NCBI GenBank assembly: GCA_963713955.1
Contig: OY970216.1
Location: 8,075 to 72,074 of the forward strand
Reading direction: 5' to 3'
From: an uncultured bacterium
GTDB taxonomy: Bacteria > Patescibacteriota > Minisyncoccia > UBA6257 > GWB1-50-10
DNA: 64,000 bases
Numbering within the stretch: position 1 is the first letter of the stretch; each line of letters begins with the position of its first letter. Below are positions 9,924 to 19,946 of this stretch, in pieces. Below the pieces are notes generated by a model. It searched no databases. It had not been told where the DNA came from and worked only from the letters and a program-made list of their open reading frames with translations. The position numbers and the translations under genes are program-made.

Positions 9924-11174
9924 TTAAAATAACAACAGGCCGCCGATAAGTAAAGCCACGAGTTGCGCCACGGTCATTATTAAAAGCATTGAAGGGATGC
10001 TCTGCCCAGCGAGAAATATCGCGATTGTCGTCAAAGCAGCGATCACGAGAAAAACATAAGAGATCTTTGTCTTATGAATTGAGAGCGCGTATTGCAAAAC
10101 CAGATTGGCCAAGGAAAAAAGCGAGGCGGCGATAGCAAAGAATCCCAGATAAAAACCGACGTTTTCATATTTGTTTCCGAATAAAAGACTGAGAACTAGT
10201 TTGGGATCAGCGAAATAAACGAGCGTCGCCACGAGAGAAACGATGAGAGTGGCAAGAAAGGCGTCTTTGAAAATACGGGAAGAGCTGATACCTTTGTGTT
10301 TGTTTTCGGCCGACATCGAAAAAAGAACGGTGGCGACGACGCCAGTCGCAAAGAAAATAATTTTGGAAACGACCGACAGAGCTCCGTACTGACCCGCTGC
10401 GAGAGAACTGAGATTATGCTTGGCTAAAACCACGTCGACATTCCCCAAAAAACTGATCGCCAAACTCCCCGCAAAAACGGCGGCGACGTAACTTTTCATT
10501 CCCAGAAAAGCGTCGATGCTTTTACGCGGAGAATCATTATTTTGCCTGCGCAAGATGAATCTGATGACAACAACGGACGCAACGTAGGAAATCACCCCAC
10601 CCAATAAAATACTCCCTATTATTCCCCCCAAGGCGAAACCAATCTTTATAAGCACGAATGCCGCTGCCAATTTCACTATCGCACCATAAACGCCTACCAA
10701 ACCTACATCCTTGAACTTCTGCCAGCCACTAAGTATCCCGGAATTCACTGCCCCCAAAAGAGAAAGAAATATAAGAATCCAAACCTCTATCAGCGGGAAA
10801 CCGCTCGACAGATTGAAGAAATATTTCAAATAAGGCGTGAAAACTATGCCGGCGAAAAGGAGCGGCAAGCCGTAAATCAAAACCTTACCGTTGAAATACC
10901 TCAGGATTTCCCTCACGCCCTCCGAGTTGCCGGCCGCTTTGCATTTGGCGGCATAATTCGTGGCTACCAGGGTCAGGGTGGCCGCCGGGACTGATATTAT
11001 GTTTATGAGAGATATGAGAGATTCAGCTTCACCGTACACCTCGACGCTCACCATCCTCCCGACCATCAGATGGAAAAGATAATTGAGGATATTGACCGAC
11101 GCGGTTCCCAGAAAAAGAACCAGGCTATTTTTAACAAAAGTGCTGTTTTTTAGGTAACTTAGAGCTTCCTTCAT
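9924..11174 (-). CDS. Oligosaccharide flippase (Wzx/MOP family)
   Basis: About 12 hydrophobic segments with the Wzx-like pattern NILNYLFHLMVGR..YG and NVDVVL...AGQYGA. Confidence 0.85.
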   Translation of the reverse strand: MKEALSYLKNSTFVKNSLVLFLGTASVNILNYLFHLMVGRMVSVEVYGEAESLISLINIISVPAATLTLVATNYAAKCKAAGNSEGVREILRYFNGKVLIYGLPLLFAGIVFTPYLKYFFNLSSGFPLIEVWILIFLSLLGAVNSGILSGWQKFKDVGLVGVYGAIVKLAAAFVLIKIGFALGGIIGSILLGGVISYVASVVVIRFILRRQNNDSPRKSIDAFLGMKSYVAAVFAGSLAISFLGNVDVVLAKHNLSSLAAGQYGALSVVSKIIFFATGVVATVLFSMSAENKHKGISSSRIFKDAFLATLIVSLVATLVYFADPKLVLSLLFGNKYENVGFYLGFFAIAASLFSLANLVLQYALSIHKTKISYVFLVIAALTTIAIFLAGQSIPSMLLIMTVAQLVALLIGGLLLF

Positions 11175-11449
11175 TGCTTGTCTTTGTTTAAAATCCCGTT
11201 CACGGCGGATAGTAAATCATGAAAATACACCATGTCTCTGTCGCCACCGAACTCAAAGATAATCCTATAATCACTGTTTATGGAAAAAGCCCAGAATAAA
11301 CTCAACCTTCCATGGAGCTTATGAGTTTCCAGTTCAGGGTTAAACGGATTCTTTCTGAACAGCACCTCAGCTTTCTCGGCAGCAGCCTTCACCTCTTTGG
11401 GAAGCTTCTTATATTTTCTCGCGAACTGAGTCGAGTAAATTATTTTCAT
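11171..11449 (-). CDS. RelE/YafQ-family mRNA interferase toxin (atypical C-terminus)
   Basis: MKIIYSTQFARKYKKLP, LETHKLHGRL and WAFSINSDYRIIFEF. Confidence 0.8.
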   Translation of the reverse strand: MKIIYSTQFARKYKKLPKEVKAAAEKAEVLFRKNPFNPELETHKLHGRLSLFWAFSINSDYRIIFEFGGDRDMVYFHDLLSAVNGILNKDKQ

Positions 11450-11467
11450 GCCCCTCCTTAATGGCAC

Positions 11468-11683
11468 TTATCTCAAGCTCTTCAGGGAACGGAGCGTTTT
11501 GCCCTTCCCCGCTAACATTTCAGCCTGACTTACTCTGATTTCTCTTAAAAGTTTTTCCTCTTCCCACAGGCGAAGCAAATCCCTAAAAAATTCACTCTTC
11601 GTGGCATAACCACCTTCCTTTACCTCTTTACTGACCTTATTATGCAATTCCTCGGGAAGGGATATGTTTATGATTTTTCTCAT
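11468..11683 (-). CDS. Ribbon-helix-helix (CopG/ParD-like) antitoxin
   Basis: MRKIINISLPEEL...GGYATKSEFFRDLLR; directly upstream of the toxin. Start set at ATG 11683. Confidence 0.85.
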   Translation of the reverse strand: MRKIINISLPEELHNKVSKEVKEGGYATKSEFFRDLLRLWEEEKLLREIRVSQAEMLAGKGKTLRSLKSLR

Positions 11684-11856
11684 ACTTTCAAGTGTAATAC
11701 AAAGTATTACAAAGTCAAGCTCCCGAGCGCCTTCAGTGCTCGGGAGGCGGTTATCCCCCAAAATATGGCCTCCCGCTCTCGATAGATCCGCCAGCTGGCG
11801 GAGTGGATAACTTTGAAGATTGCCGAAGTTCTTATTGTTGATATAATACAAGCACC

Positions 11857-12132
11857 ATGAAAGAAGCTAAAGAAACAACCGTTGATACATTAGCTAGAAT
11901 GGTGGATGAAGGATTTAAAGAAGTGCATGAGCAATTCAGGTCAGTACGCAAGGGAATGAATGAACGCTTCAACAAGGTTGATGACGACATTCGATACATC
12001 CACAGCAGCTTGGACGTGATACAGAGGGAAATATCCGAAATTAAAGAACAACTTAAACGGGTGGTGTACCGCGAAGAGCTGGAAGCCGTGAAAGCGCGCA
12101 TCGCAAGATTGGAAAAGAAACTGGGGATATAG
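11857..12132 (+). CDS. Small coiled-coil hypothetical protein
   Basis: 91-aa ORF with heptad pattern; TATAAT about 9 nt upstream. Confidence 0.7.
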   Translation: MKEAKETTVDTLARMVDEGFKEVHEQFRSVRKGMNERFNKVDDDIRYIHSSLDVIQREISEIKEQLKRVVYREELEAVKARIARLEKKLGI

Positions 12133-12151
12133 ATACAAGGGGAGGCAGATA

Positions 12152-12520
12152 TCAAAATAAGGCGTAAATGCGATCCAGAGGCAATCCCGAACCAATATAC
12201 GATTCGGCAAGGAGGTTGCGCAGAAGGAACAATAATCTCAGATTGTCTTTCCATTTATCGTCTTCCAAAGATAAATCCACGAGATTCAAGCCGCGCTCCA
12301 ATATCTCGTTTTTGAGTTTCGGGTTCTCTTTCTCGTACAGCGAAGCGCGCTTCACTTCGGAAGCGATATGCTTTAGTTGTTCGTTTTTGGAAAAACTTTG
12401 CCAGCGTTCTTGAGACATAGTACGAGAATTTCTAATTTCAATTTTCTTAGACACATCAACAGCTGCTTTAGAAAATGGTTTCTCTATAGAGTTCTTATCA
12501 AGCTTACCCTCAACAATCAT
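12152..12520 (-). CDS. Hypothetical helical protein (start may be 12418)
   Basis: ORF with ERWQSFSKNEQLKHIASEVKRA; no family recognised with certainty. Confidence 0.6.
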   Translation of the reverse strand: MIVEGKLDKNSIEKPFSKAAVDVSKKIEIRNSRTMSQERWQSFSKNEQLKHIASEVKRASLYEKENPKLKNEILERGLNLVDLSLEDDKWKDNLRLLFLLRNLLAESYIGSGLPLDRIYALF

Positions 12521-12611
12521 GAGAATATTTTAACACTGATTTTAAATATTTTGGATACGCAATATAAAACTATGTCAGCCCCTCGGGAGACCTGCGGTTT
12601 CCCGAGGGACC

Positions 12612-12643
12612 AAAAAACCAAAACCCCGGCGCGAGGCCGGGGT
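12612..12643 (-). terminator. Intrinsic terminator after the large surface protein gene
   Basis: Stem ACCCCGGC/GCCGGGGT (12623-12643) followed on the minus strand by a T-rich tract; a second hairpin follows at about 12579-12608. Confidence 0.7.
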
Positions 12644-12681
12644 ATTTGGTGTCCGATTATGCGCTATCGGGAAACCGAGTG

Positions 12682-15600
12682 CTAGTTGGCCAAGTTGGTC
12701 AAGAGAGGTCCCGGAATCGGCAGAGTCACGCTTGCCGGCAATACCGTCAAGCTCTGCGAGGAGCCATCGCTCCACGTTACGCTCTGCACCGAGATCTGAT
12801 ACGTACCGTTGTTGTTCGTCGCCGACGTCGTGTCAGAAACCGCAGTTATCTGACCGATGATCGTGCGAGTCGCACCGCTCGGTACATCCCATCCTGAAGT
12901 CACACTGCTGCTGCCGAGATCAACCGACGAAGTGGCTGTGCTGCTGAGCGTCGTCGTCCCGAGGATTATTGAAGGATTCAACGAATCGAAGAACTTCAAT
13001 GAGATCGACGTCGTAGCGTTCACGATTGAGCCTCCTTCGGAGACCACCAATTTCTGAACGTAGACATCGTTTCCACCCGCGGTCGCACCGACGTTCATGG
13101 CAAACACATTCTGGCCGACACCGGTCGCAGCGATCTGCGAAACCGTTCCCGCACCGATCGACGCAACCAAAGCCCGGTAGACGGTTATGTTGTTACCCGC
13201 GGCGGCAAGAGCCCCAACATTCGTTGAAGACGCGCCTGTCGCGAGATTAACAACATAGTTCGTAACCTGGAATGAATGCGTGGTTGCCTCAGATGTCGTC
13301 GCGTTGTTGTAAGCAACGGCATTACCCGTCAAGCTTACCGTCGCATACCCGTTCTGCGGAATCGAGATCGGCGTACCGAAGACGAAGGTCGCCGTACCAG
13401 AAGCGTTCAACGACTGCTGAGTGTTCAGCGTTTGTCCGCCGTACACCAAGCCGAACGTGTTGAAGGCGCTCAGGTTACCGTTCACCGTCGTCGTAGCAGA
13501 GCTCGCGGCATCCTTGACCGTCATCTGAGTGACCGTGACGGGGCCGGATGCGCTACCGTTCAAGCGGAAGATGGCCAACGTGTTGTTGGCTATACCCATA
13601 CCCATGGCGGTCGCGGCAGGAGACGTCGGATCAAGCGAAACGCCCGCCAACACATTACCCTGCGATATCGCGACGGACTGACCAGTGACGGCCGTTCCGT
13701 TTTCACCGCTCGCGGTAAGAGTCACCGCATTGTTCCCGGCTGTCGCGCTTATCGACGCCAAGTCAGCCAAGACTTTCGATGCCGTCGAGGCACCGTTCGA
13801 AACGGAAGCATAGACGTTCACAATCACCGATGAATTCACGGCAACCGTGACCGGCGAAGAACCGCTGAAGGTGTACTGACCGCTCGGCGTGACGTTCCCC
13901 TGGGTTTGACCCATCGGGGTGCCGTTCACCGTTATGTAGAGGTTAGACAACCAACCTGACGTAACGCCCGAAGGAATCGCGATCGAGACGCCGCTCAGAA
14001 GGACGGGGTTCACCTGTCCGGACTGAAGGACGAAAGACGCAATCTGCGAAGCCGACGAACCGGCCATCACGACCGGATTCCCGAAGGAACCGTTCTGGTA
14101 AGCCGTCATGTTCGAGGCATTCGCGAGAACCTGAAGAACCGGAGACGTCTGCGCGGTCGGGCCGACCGTCACATAATTGGACTGTGACTGACCGGTCAGA
14201 GACACGGTGACGCCGATGCTCGAACCGCTCGATACGCCGCTCCCCACGCTGCCCTGAACCATCAAGGCCTGGGTCGTGTTCGCGGGTATGATGTAGTTCA
14301 AGTTGCTGAAGGTTACCGATCCGCCGCTCCCAATCGTCTCGTTCTGCGTGGTACCCAACTGGGCACCGCCGAGCAGTACCTGGACGTTATTGAGCGAACT
14401 TGTCGCAACGCCCGTTCCATTGATCGTCAAGGTCATCGAGGTTAAGCGGATGCTGTCACCCGACGCCAAGACGCTGAATTGTCCAAGACTTGCATTGGTA
14501 TTCCCGGCCACAACATAAAGCGCCGTGGACGAGGCTGCGTTAACCACTAATCCACCTTGGGCTACCGTTACGTAGTTCAGGTTCTGAGCGCTGAATCCAG
14601 TCCCGCCACTGATCGTGGCGCCAATGCTAACATTGTACATGTTATCAATGGCTTGTATGTCAGACGTTTGCTGAACGGTGAACTGGAAGTAATATCCGAC
14701 ACCGCCCGTCACGTCGGCATAGAGCTGAAGCGTCGCGGCCTGACCCGCCGAGAGCATCAAAGGCGCGCTCGAAAGATCGAAGTACGCCACGTTGCTCGTC
14801 AAGGAAGGCAAGGTCGGACCCACCTGGGTTCCGCCGTTCACGAGTTTCACGTTCTGGACGTACTGGGTCGGTAAGGAACCAGTCATCGTGAAGCGTAAGC
14901 TCGTGACCTTCACCGGGTCATTGCCGGCGGTCAACGTGAATTGACCGATGACGTTATTCGTCTGCCCGGCATTGATGGTCGTGGAAGCGGTTGTTGTCTG
15001 GAAGGTCAAGGTAGCGAGGTTCGTCACCGAAACCAACGACATATTGTTCCCCATCACGGGGTACGTTCCGCCAACCGTAGCGGTCGCTTGGACGTCAGAC
15101 GCCGAAGCCACTGCGAAGTTGATCACATGGCTCGCGATCGACGAGACGTTGGCGATGTCAGCCTTAACCCAAATCTCCACCGTGGAATTCGCGGGGACCG
15201 TGAAAAGTCCGGAACCGCTCGCGAACATTATCTTGCCGTTGGAGATGCTCTGGTTGATCGCAAGACGAGTGCCTCCTTGATAGAGGTAAACGTTCTGCAG
15301 ATCGGCATCTTGCGACAAGCCGCTCCTCGTGATCGCGAAGGAATTCACCGTCACCGGCTGAGAGCCGGCCGTGAAGTTCAAGGCGAGCATCGGGGTGGCG
15401 ACGGCGCCGATCGCGACGTTGCCGCCCACAGGACTATCGGAAGCGGTGCTTACGACTAATCCCGTTCCCACAGGAACGATAACATTAGTCCCCGTACCGG
15501 TTCCGGTACCAACCATCGTGCCCTCCATCGCGTTAACGGCCTTCATGGTTATGGGGCCGAAGTAACCCGCGGCTGGAGAAATACTACTTGCAGCTTGGAA

Positions 15601-15969
15601 TTTAGCCAAGGCTTTCTGGGTCGCCGGTCCGAAATATGTCGTTTCGTTGCCCGGGGAACCAGCTCCGCTCGCGGCTACCGTATATCCCTTCGCGTTCAAG
15701 AATTTCTGCAAAGCCTGAACGTCGGCACCCTTCGATCCAAGTGTGAGGGACTTGGCGAAAGTGTATCCGGACGCGCCGGCCGTAGAACCCGAACCGCTCT
15801 GGAGAGTCTGTAACTGCGCCTGCAACTGCTGAATCTGAGCCATCAGCGTTGATATGGTGCTCGCTGATGTTTGAGCAGAAGCCGTAAACACCGATCCGGC
15901 GAACCAAGCCGCCGTCGCGAATGTGAGGGCCACTGCTACTGCTTTTCGACTAAAACTATTCATTTTCAA
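12682..15969 (-). CDS. Large secreted Ser/Thr/Gly/Ala-rich surface (S-layer-like) protein with a peptidoglycan-binding domain
   Basis: Signal peptide, short coiled coil, PG-binding motif (LTLGSKGADVQALQKFLN...YFGPATQKALAKFQ...GYFGPIT), then repeated beta-rich modules. Confidence 0.85.
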   Translation of the reverse strand: MKMNSFSRKAVAVALTFATAAWFAGSVFTASAQTSASTISTLMAQIQQLQAQLQTLQSGSGSTAGASGYTFAKSLTLGSKGADVQALQKFLNAKGYTVAASGAGSPGNETTYFGPATQKALAKFQAASSISPAAGYFGPITMKAVNAMEGTMVGTGTGTGTNVIVPVGTGLVVSTASDSPVGGNVAIGAVATPMLALNFTAGSQPVTVNSFAITRSGLSQDADLQNVYLYQGGTRLAINQSISNGKIMFASGSGLFTVPANSTVEIWVKADIANVSSIASHVINFAVASASDVQATATVGGTYPVMGNNMSLVSVTNLATLTFQTTTASTTINAGQTNNVIGQFTLTAGNDPVKVTSLRFTMTGSLPTQYVQNVKLVNGGTQVGPTLPSLTSNVAYFDLSSAPLMLSAGQAATLQLYADVTGGVGYYFQFTVQQTSDIQAIDNMYNVSIGATISGGTGFSAQNLNYVTVAQGGLVVNAASSTALYVVAGNTNASLGQFSVLASGDSIRLTSMTLTINGTGVATSSLNNVQVLLGGAQLGTTQNETIGSGGSVTFSNLNYIIPANTTQALMVQGSVGSGVSSGSSIGVTVSLTGQSQSNYVTVGPTAQTSPVLQVLANASNMTAYQNGSFGNPVVMAGSSASQIASFVLQSGQVNPVLLSGVSIAIPSGVTSGWLSNLYITVNGTPMGQTQGNVTPSGQYTFSGSSPVTVAVNSSVIVNVYASVSNGASTASKVLADLASISATAGNNAVTLTASGENGTAVTGQSVAISQGNVLAGVSLDPTSPAATAMGMGIANNTLAIFRLNGSASGPVTVTQMTVKDAASSATTTVNGNLSAFNTFGLVYGGQTLNTQQSLNASGTATFVFGTPISIPQNGYATVSLTGNAVAYNNATTSEATTHSFQVTNYVVNLATGASSTNVGALAAAGNNITVYRALVASIGAGTVSQIAATGVGQNVFAMNVGATAGGNDVYVQKLVVSEGGSIVNATTSISLKFFDSLNPSIILGTTTLSSTATSSVDLGSSSVTSGWDVPSGATRTIIGQITAVSDTTSATNNNGTYQISVQSVTWSDGSSQSLTVLPASVTLPIPGPLLTNLAN

Positions 15970-16283
15970 TTTTTCTTTACGGACATTCGTACATCAAAAA
16001 TAGGAATCTATTTTTAAGTACTTTTGTCCGCTTTTTGTTCGACAATAATTTCTTTATTTACCCCCCAACTTTCGGCTGAGAGGCCGACCTTTTGTTTTTC
16101 TTTGTTTCGGAATACCGCCCTGCGAGATCATTCGACCCGATCCGCCGACGGTACTAGTATCATTGAAAAGACCTCGCTTGGAGGCGAGGTCACATGCCAG
16201 TAAACCGCGAAAAGCGCGAATCCGCCGTGAGGCGGATGGAGCAATCATTTTCGTGACGTTACTAGCGCTTGGCCTCACTCCAA

Positions 16284-16366
16284 GCCCTGTACTACAACTT
16301 CCATTGTAGTGTCACTAGGCTTATCCTGTCCTACGACCTCCTTACCGTGAGATTGTAGTACGGGGC
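16284..16366. repeat. Miniature inverted-repeat (REP/MITE-like) element
   Basis: GCCCTGTACTACAA ... TTGTAGTACGGGGC, 14 bp with 1 mismatch; related to 36796-36828. Confidence 0.6.
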
Positions 16367-16492
16367 AAGCTCTAATGTTCTTATTATAACAAAATACGTC
16401 AGATAATCAACAATCGGTGCAAAAACGGGGATCTCTGTCGCTACAGTAAATAAAACGATGGGGCGTATCGAACGTTACGGAGAACAAGCAAA

Positions 16493-17245
16493 CTATATCC
16501 TCCAGGAAGCCGTGGCGAAAATAACCGAGGAAACAACTACAAAAATAGTCACTTCCCTCAAAACCAGGGACAGGTTGAGAACCCCCCTCCGATGGGCAAA
16601 AATCACCTCCCGCGCGATCAAGATAAGCATGGTGAGAAACGCGGCGGCATTCAGGAAGCCGAGCGGCAGGAAAGCTGCGAGGGCCGAGATCTCCGACGAA
16701 ACGAATCCTAGGGAACAGCCATAGAGGCCGAGCTTTTTCTCGGGGCCTTGCCCGAGGACATCGGCATATTCCCGGAACGAGAAATACACCACCGCAAAAT
16801 CGGCCAAAAACCACAGCGCGACGTCCCAGACGGAGCCGAGAGAAAAAAGCGGCACCCCGTAAAAGAGAACCGCAAAGAAGCATAAGAGCGTCACCGTCGA
16901 AAAGAGACTGTAGACGAACGATCGGTTCACGAAAACCGAATTCATGAGTCCCAAAAGAAAAAACATCAGGATCGCGTAGATCGCGAGTATCGGGGCCGGA
17001 GCCGGGATGCTCCCGAGCGCGACAAGGAAAAGGACCTGCAAGAGCCAGAAGGAAAATCTGAAGCTCCGCCGGTCCGGCGTTTCCAAGAGATAGGCCCAAA
17101 GGAGAATGAAAAAGAAGCCGACGACGGCCAGAAACGAAAATGACAAGAGGTAAGTTAAAAAGAGGGCGACCGCGCAAACGATCGCTCTACTGACTAACCT
17201 CCACTTTATCAGATTTGTTAATGAAGATAGTAACCTCCTTGCCAT
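16493..17245 (-). CDS. Multi-pass membrane protein, hypothetical
   Basis: Highly hydrophobic ORF of about 250 aa following clpB; start uncertain. Confidence 0.75.
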   Translation of the reverse strand: MARRLLSSLTNLIKWRLVSRAIVCAVALFLTYLLSFSFLAVVGFFFILLWAYLLETPDRRSFRFSFWLLQVLFLVALGSIPAPAPILAIYAILMFFLLGLMNSVFVNRSFVYSLFSTVTLLCFFAVLFYGVPLFSLGSVWDVALWFLADFAVVYFSFREYADVLGQGPEKKLGLYGCSLGFVSSEISALAAFLPLGFLNAAAFLTMLILIAREVIFAHRRGVLNLSLVLREVTIFVVVSSVIFATASWRI

Positions 17246-19817
17246 CCTTCAAAAGACCTCTCACCATTTTGTCGGCCAAGGCATCGACGATGACTTTTTG
17301 TATCATGCGCTTGATCGGCCGCGCGCCGTAATCCGGGTCGAACCCGTTCTTCACGACGTAACTCCTCACATCCGGCTTCACGTTCAAGGTAATCCCCCGT
17401 ACGGCAAGCCGCTTTTCGACCTCCGCGAGCTGGATCGCGACGATTTTCTCTATGTCTTTCGGCGTCAGCGATTTGAATATGATGGTCTCGTCGAGGCGGT
17501 TCAGAAATTCCGGCTTGAACGTCTCCCGGAGCGATTCCATGATCCGCTCCCGCAACGTTTCTTCTTTGTCTTCCACCTCGCGCGATACACCGCCCTGGAA
17601 GCCCAGCGCGGACATTTCCTTGAAATACGCCCCGCCGACGTTCGAGGTCAAGATGATAACCGTGTTCCTGAAATTGACGGTCTTGCCCTTGCCGTCGGTC
17701 AAACGACCGTTGTCCAAAACCTGGAGCAATATATTGAAAACCTCAGGGTGCGCTTTTTCTATCTCGTCGAACAAAATGAGACTGTACGGCCGGTGCCGGA
17801 CCGTTTCGGTGAGCTGCCCGCCTTCTTCGTGGCCAACGTAACCGGGCGGAGAACCGATAAGCCGCGCAACCGTGTGCCGCTCCATGTACTCGGACATGTC
17901 GACCCGGATGAGCGCTTTCTCGTCGTTGAACATGAAAGAAGCAAGCGCTCGCGCGAGCTCGGTCTTCCCGACGCCGGTCGGTCCCAGGAACATGAAGGAT
18001 CCCGACGGCCGATCCTCGTCGGCGAGCCCGACCCGGGAGCGCCTGAGAGCCCGGGCGACGGCACTCAAAGCTTCTTCCTGCCCGATGACCCGTTTCCCCA
18101 ACTCCTCTTCGATGCGCGAAAGTTTTTTCACTTCGGACTCAAGCATCTTCGCGACGGGTATGCCCGTCCAGTTCGAAACGACCGAGGCGATGTCTTCTTC
18201 GTCAACCATTTCTTTGATAAATTTGCGCGACTTCCCGCCGGATGCGAGGAAATTTTCTCCCTTGGAATATTCTTTTTCGGCTTTCGGCAGGGCCCCGTAC
18301 CGTATCTCGGCCACCTTGTCGAAATTTCCTTCGCGCTCGGCGAGCTCCGCTTCCCGCCTCAGGTCCTCTATTTTCTTCCTCAAATCGTGCGATCCGCTGA
18401 TGCTCTTCTTCTCGCTTTCCCACTTCGCGGAAAGCTTGGTGTTTTCATTTTTCAACTTCTTGAGTTCATCGCTTATCTCCCTGAGACGCGCCGGCGTTTT
18501 TTTGGAACTCTCCTTGGACAAAGCCGACTTCTCCACTTCGAGCCGGGTTATTTCCTTCCTGATTTTTTCTATCTCCGCCGGTATACTGTCCGATTCCAGC
18601 CGCCGCGCCGCCGCCGCCTCGTCGATCAAGTCGATCGCTTTGTCGGGCAGGAACCGGTCGGTGATGTAGCGGGCGCTCAAATTCACCGCCGCGATGATGG
18701 CGTTGTCGGTGACTTTGAGCCCGTGGTGCATCTCGTATTTCTCCTTGAGGCCGCGGAGAATGGATATGGAATCCTCAATCGAGGGTTCTTCCACGAAAAC
18801 CGGCTGGAACCTCCGCTCGAGCGCCGCGTCTTTCTCGATGTATTTTTGATATTCCCTCAAGGTCGTCGCGCCCACCGCGTGAAGCTCTCCTCGCGCGAGA
18901 GCCGGTTTCAGCATATTCGATGCGTCTATCGCGCCTTCGGCCGCGCCGGCGCCGACAATCATGTGAATCTCATCTATGAAAAGTATGATCTTCCCTTCCG
19001 CGCGGCTAATCTCTCTCAAAAACGCTTTCAGCCGATCCTCGAACTCGCCCCGGAACTTGGTCCCCGCGACGAGAGATCCGAGATCGAGCGTCACGACTTC
19101 CTTATTCTTCAGGGGTTCAGGCACATCTCCCGCGACAATCCGCTCCGCGAGCCCCTCGACGATGGCGGTCTTCCCGACGCCCGGCTCCCCGATCAAAACT
19201 GGATTGTTCTTCGTCCTCCGGGAAAGTATCTGCATCACCCGACGGAGTTCCTCCTCGCGGCCGATGACCGGATCGAGCTTCCCCTGCCTCGCCTTCTCCG
19301 TGAGATTCACGGCGTATTTTTCGAGAACTTGGAACTTCGATTCCGGCGTTTCATCGGTAACGCGGACGGATCCCCGAAGTTCTTCGAGGATCTTCGGCAG
19401 GGAATCTTTCCGCACGCCGAATTTCGCGAGCATTTCGGAAGCCGTGGACGGAACTTCTGTCAAGGCCAAGAGCAGATGCTCGCAAGAAACGAACTCGTCC
19501 TTGTATCGGAGAGAAATTTCTCCCGCCTTGTCGAGAATCCTTATGATTTCCTGGGAAAGGTACATTTGACCGATCGATCCACCGCTCGAAAAAACCTTGG
19601 GGAGCGTTTCGAGGAGCCGGAACGTTTCTTTTTCCAGCTCGGAAAGATTCACGTTTGTCTTCACGAGGAGCGGCCGCACGAGCGTCTGTTCGTCGTCGAG
19701 AAGGGCGGAGAGAAGGTGAAGCGCCTTGAGCTCGCCGTGGTTGTAGCGCGAAACCATCTCCTGGGCGGACTGGAGAGCTTCCTGGGCTTTTATGGTGAAT
19801 CGTTGGAAGTTAGGCAT
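17187..19817 (-). CDS. clpB: ATP-dependent chaperone ClpB
   Basis: Clp N domain, two AAA+ modules ([16 protein letters not shown]), long coiled-coil middle domain and GYVG pore loop. Confidence 0.95.
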   Translation of the reverse strand: MPNFQRFTIKAQEALQSAQEMVSRYNHGELKALHLLSALLDDEQTLVRPLLVKTNVNLSELEKETFRLLETLPKVFSSGGSIGQMYLSQEIIRILDKAGEISLRYKDEFVSCEHLLLALTEVPSTASEMLAKFGVRKDSLPKILEELRGSVRVTDETPESKFQVLEKYAVNLTEKARQGKLDPVIGREEELRRVMQILSRRTKNNPVLIGEPGVGKTAIVEGLAERIVAGDVPEPLKNKEVVTLDLGSLVAGTKFRGEFEDRLKAFLREISRAEGKIILFIDEIHMIVGAGAAEGAIDASNMLKPALARGELHAVGATTLREYQKYIEKDAALERRFQPVFVEEPSIEDSISILRGLKEKYEMHHGLKVTDNAIIAAVNLSARYITDRFLPDKAIDLIDEAAAARRLESDSIPAEIEKIRKEITRLEVEKSALSKESSKKTPARLREISDELKKLKNENTKLSAKWESEKKSISGSHDLRKKIEDLRREAELAEREGNFDKVAEIRYGALPKAEKEYSKGENFLASGGKSRKFIKEMVDEEDIASVVSNWTGIPVAKMLESEVKKLSRIEEELGKRVIGQEEALSAVARALRRSRVGLADEDRPSGSFMFLGPTGVGKTELARALASFMFNDEKALIRVDMSEYMERHTVARLIGSPPGYVGHEEGGQLTETVRHRPYSLILFDEIEKAHPEVFNILLQVLDNGRLTDGKGKTVNFRNTVIILTSNVGGAYFKEMSALGFQGGVSREVEDKEETLRERIMESLRETFKPEFLNRLDETIIFKSLTPKDIEKIVAIQLAEVEKRLAVRGITLNVKPDVRSYVVKNGFDPDYGARPIKRMIQKVIVDALADKMVRGLLKDGKEVTIFINKSDKVEVSQ

Positions 19818-19946
19818 AGGAATCTTTACGAAATTACGAAAAGATACAAAAGTACGAAAACTGACGGCTCCTCCTACCTATACAGTATACCCCAATGCTA
19901 CTACCTTTTGGTAGGATTAGCAAGAGGACAAGTCGAGCGCTAATCT

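Noticed and set aside
17298-19943. 881-aa plus-strand ORF
   Set aside because: Antisense shadow of clpB with no recognisable motifs; codon bias in the real gene keeps the opposite frame open.
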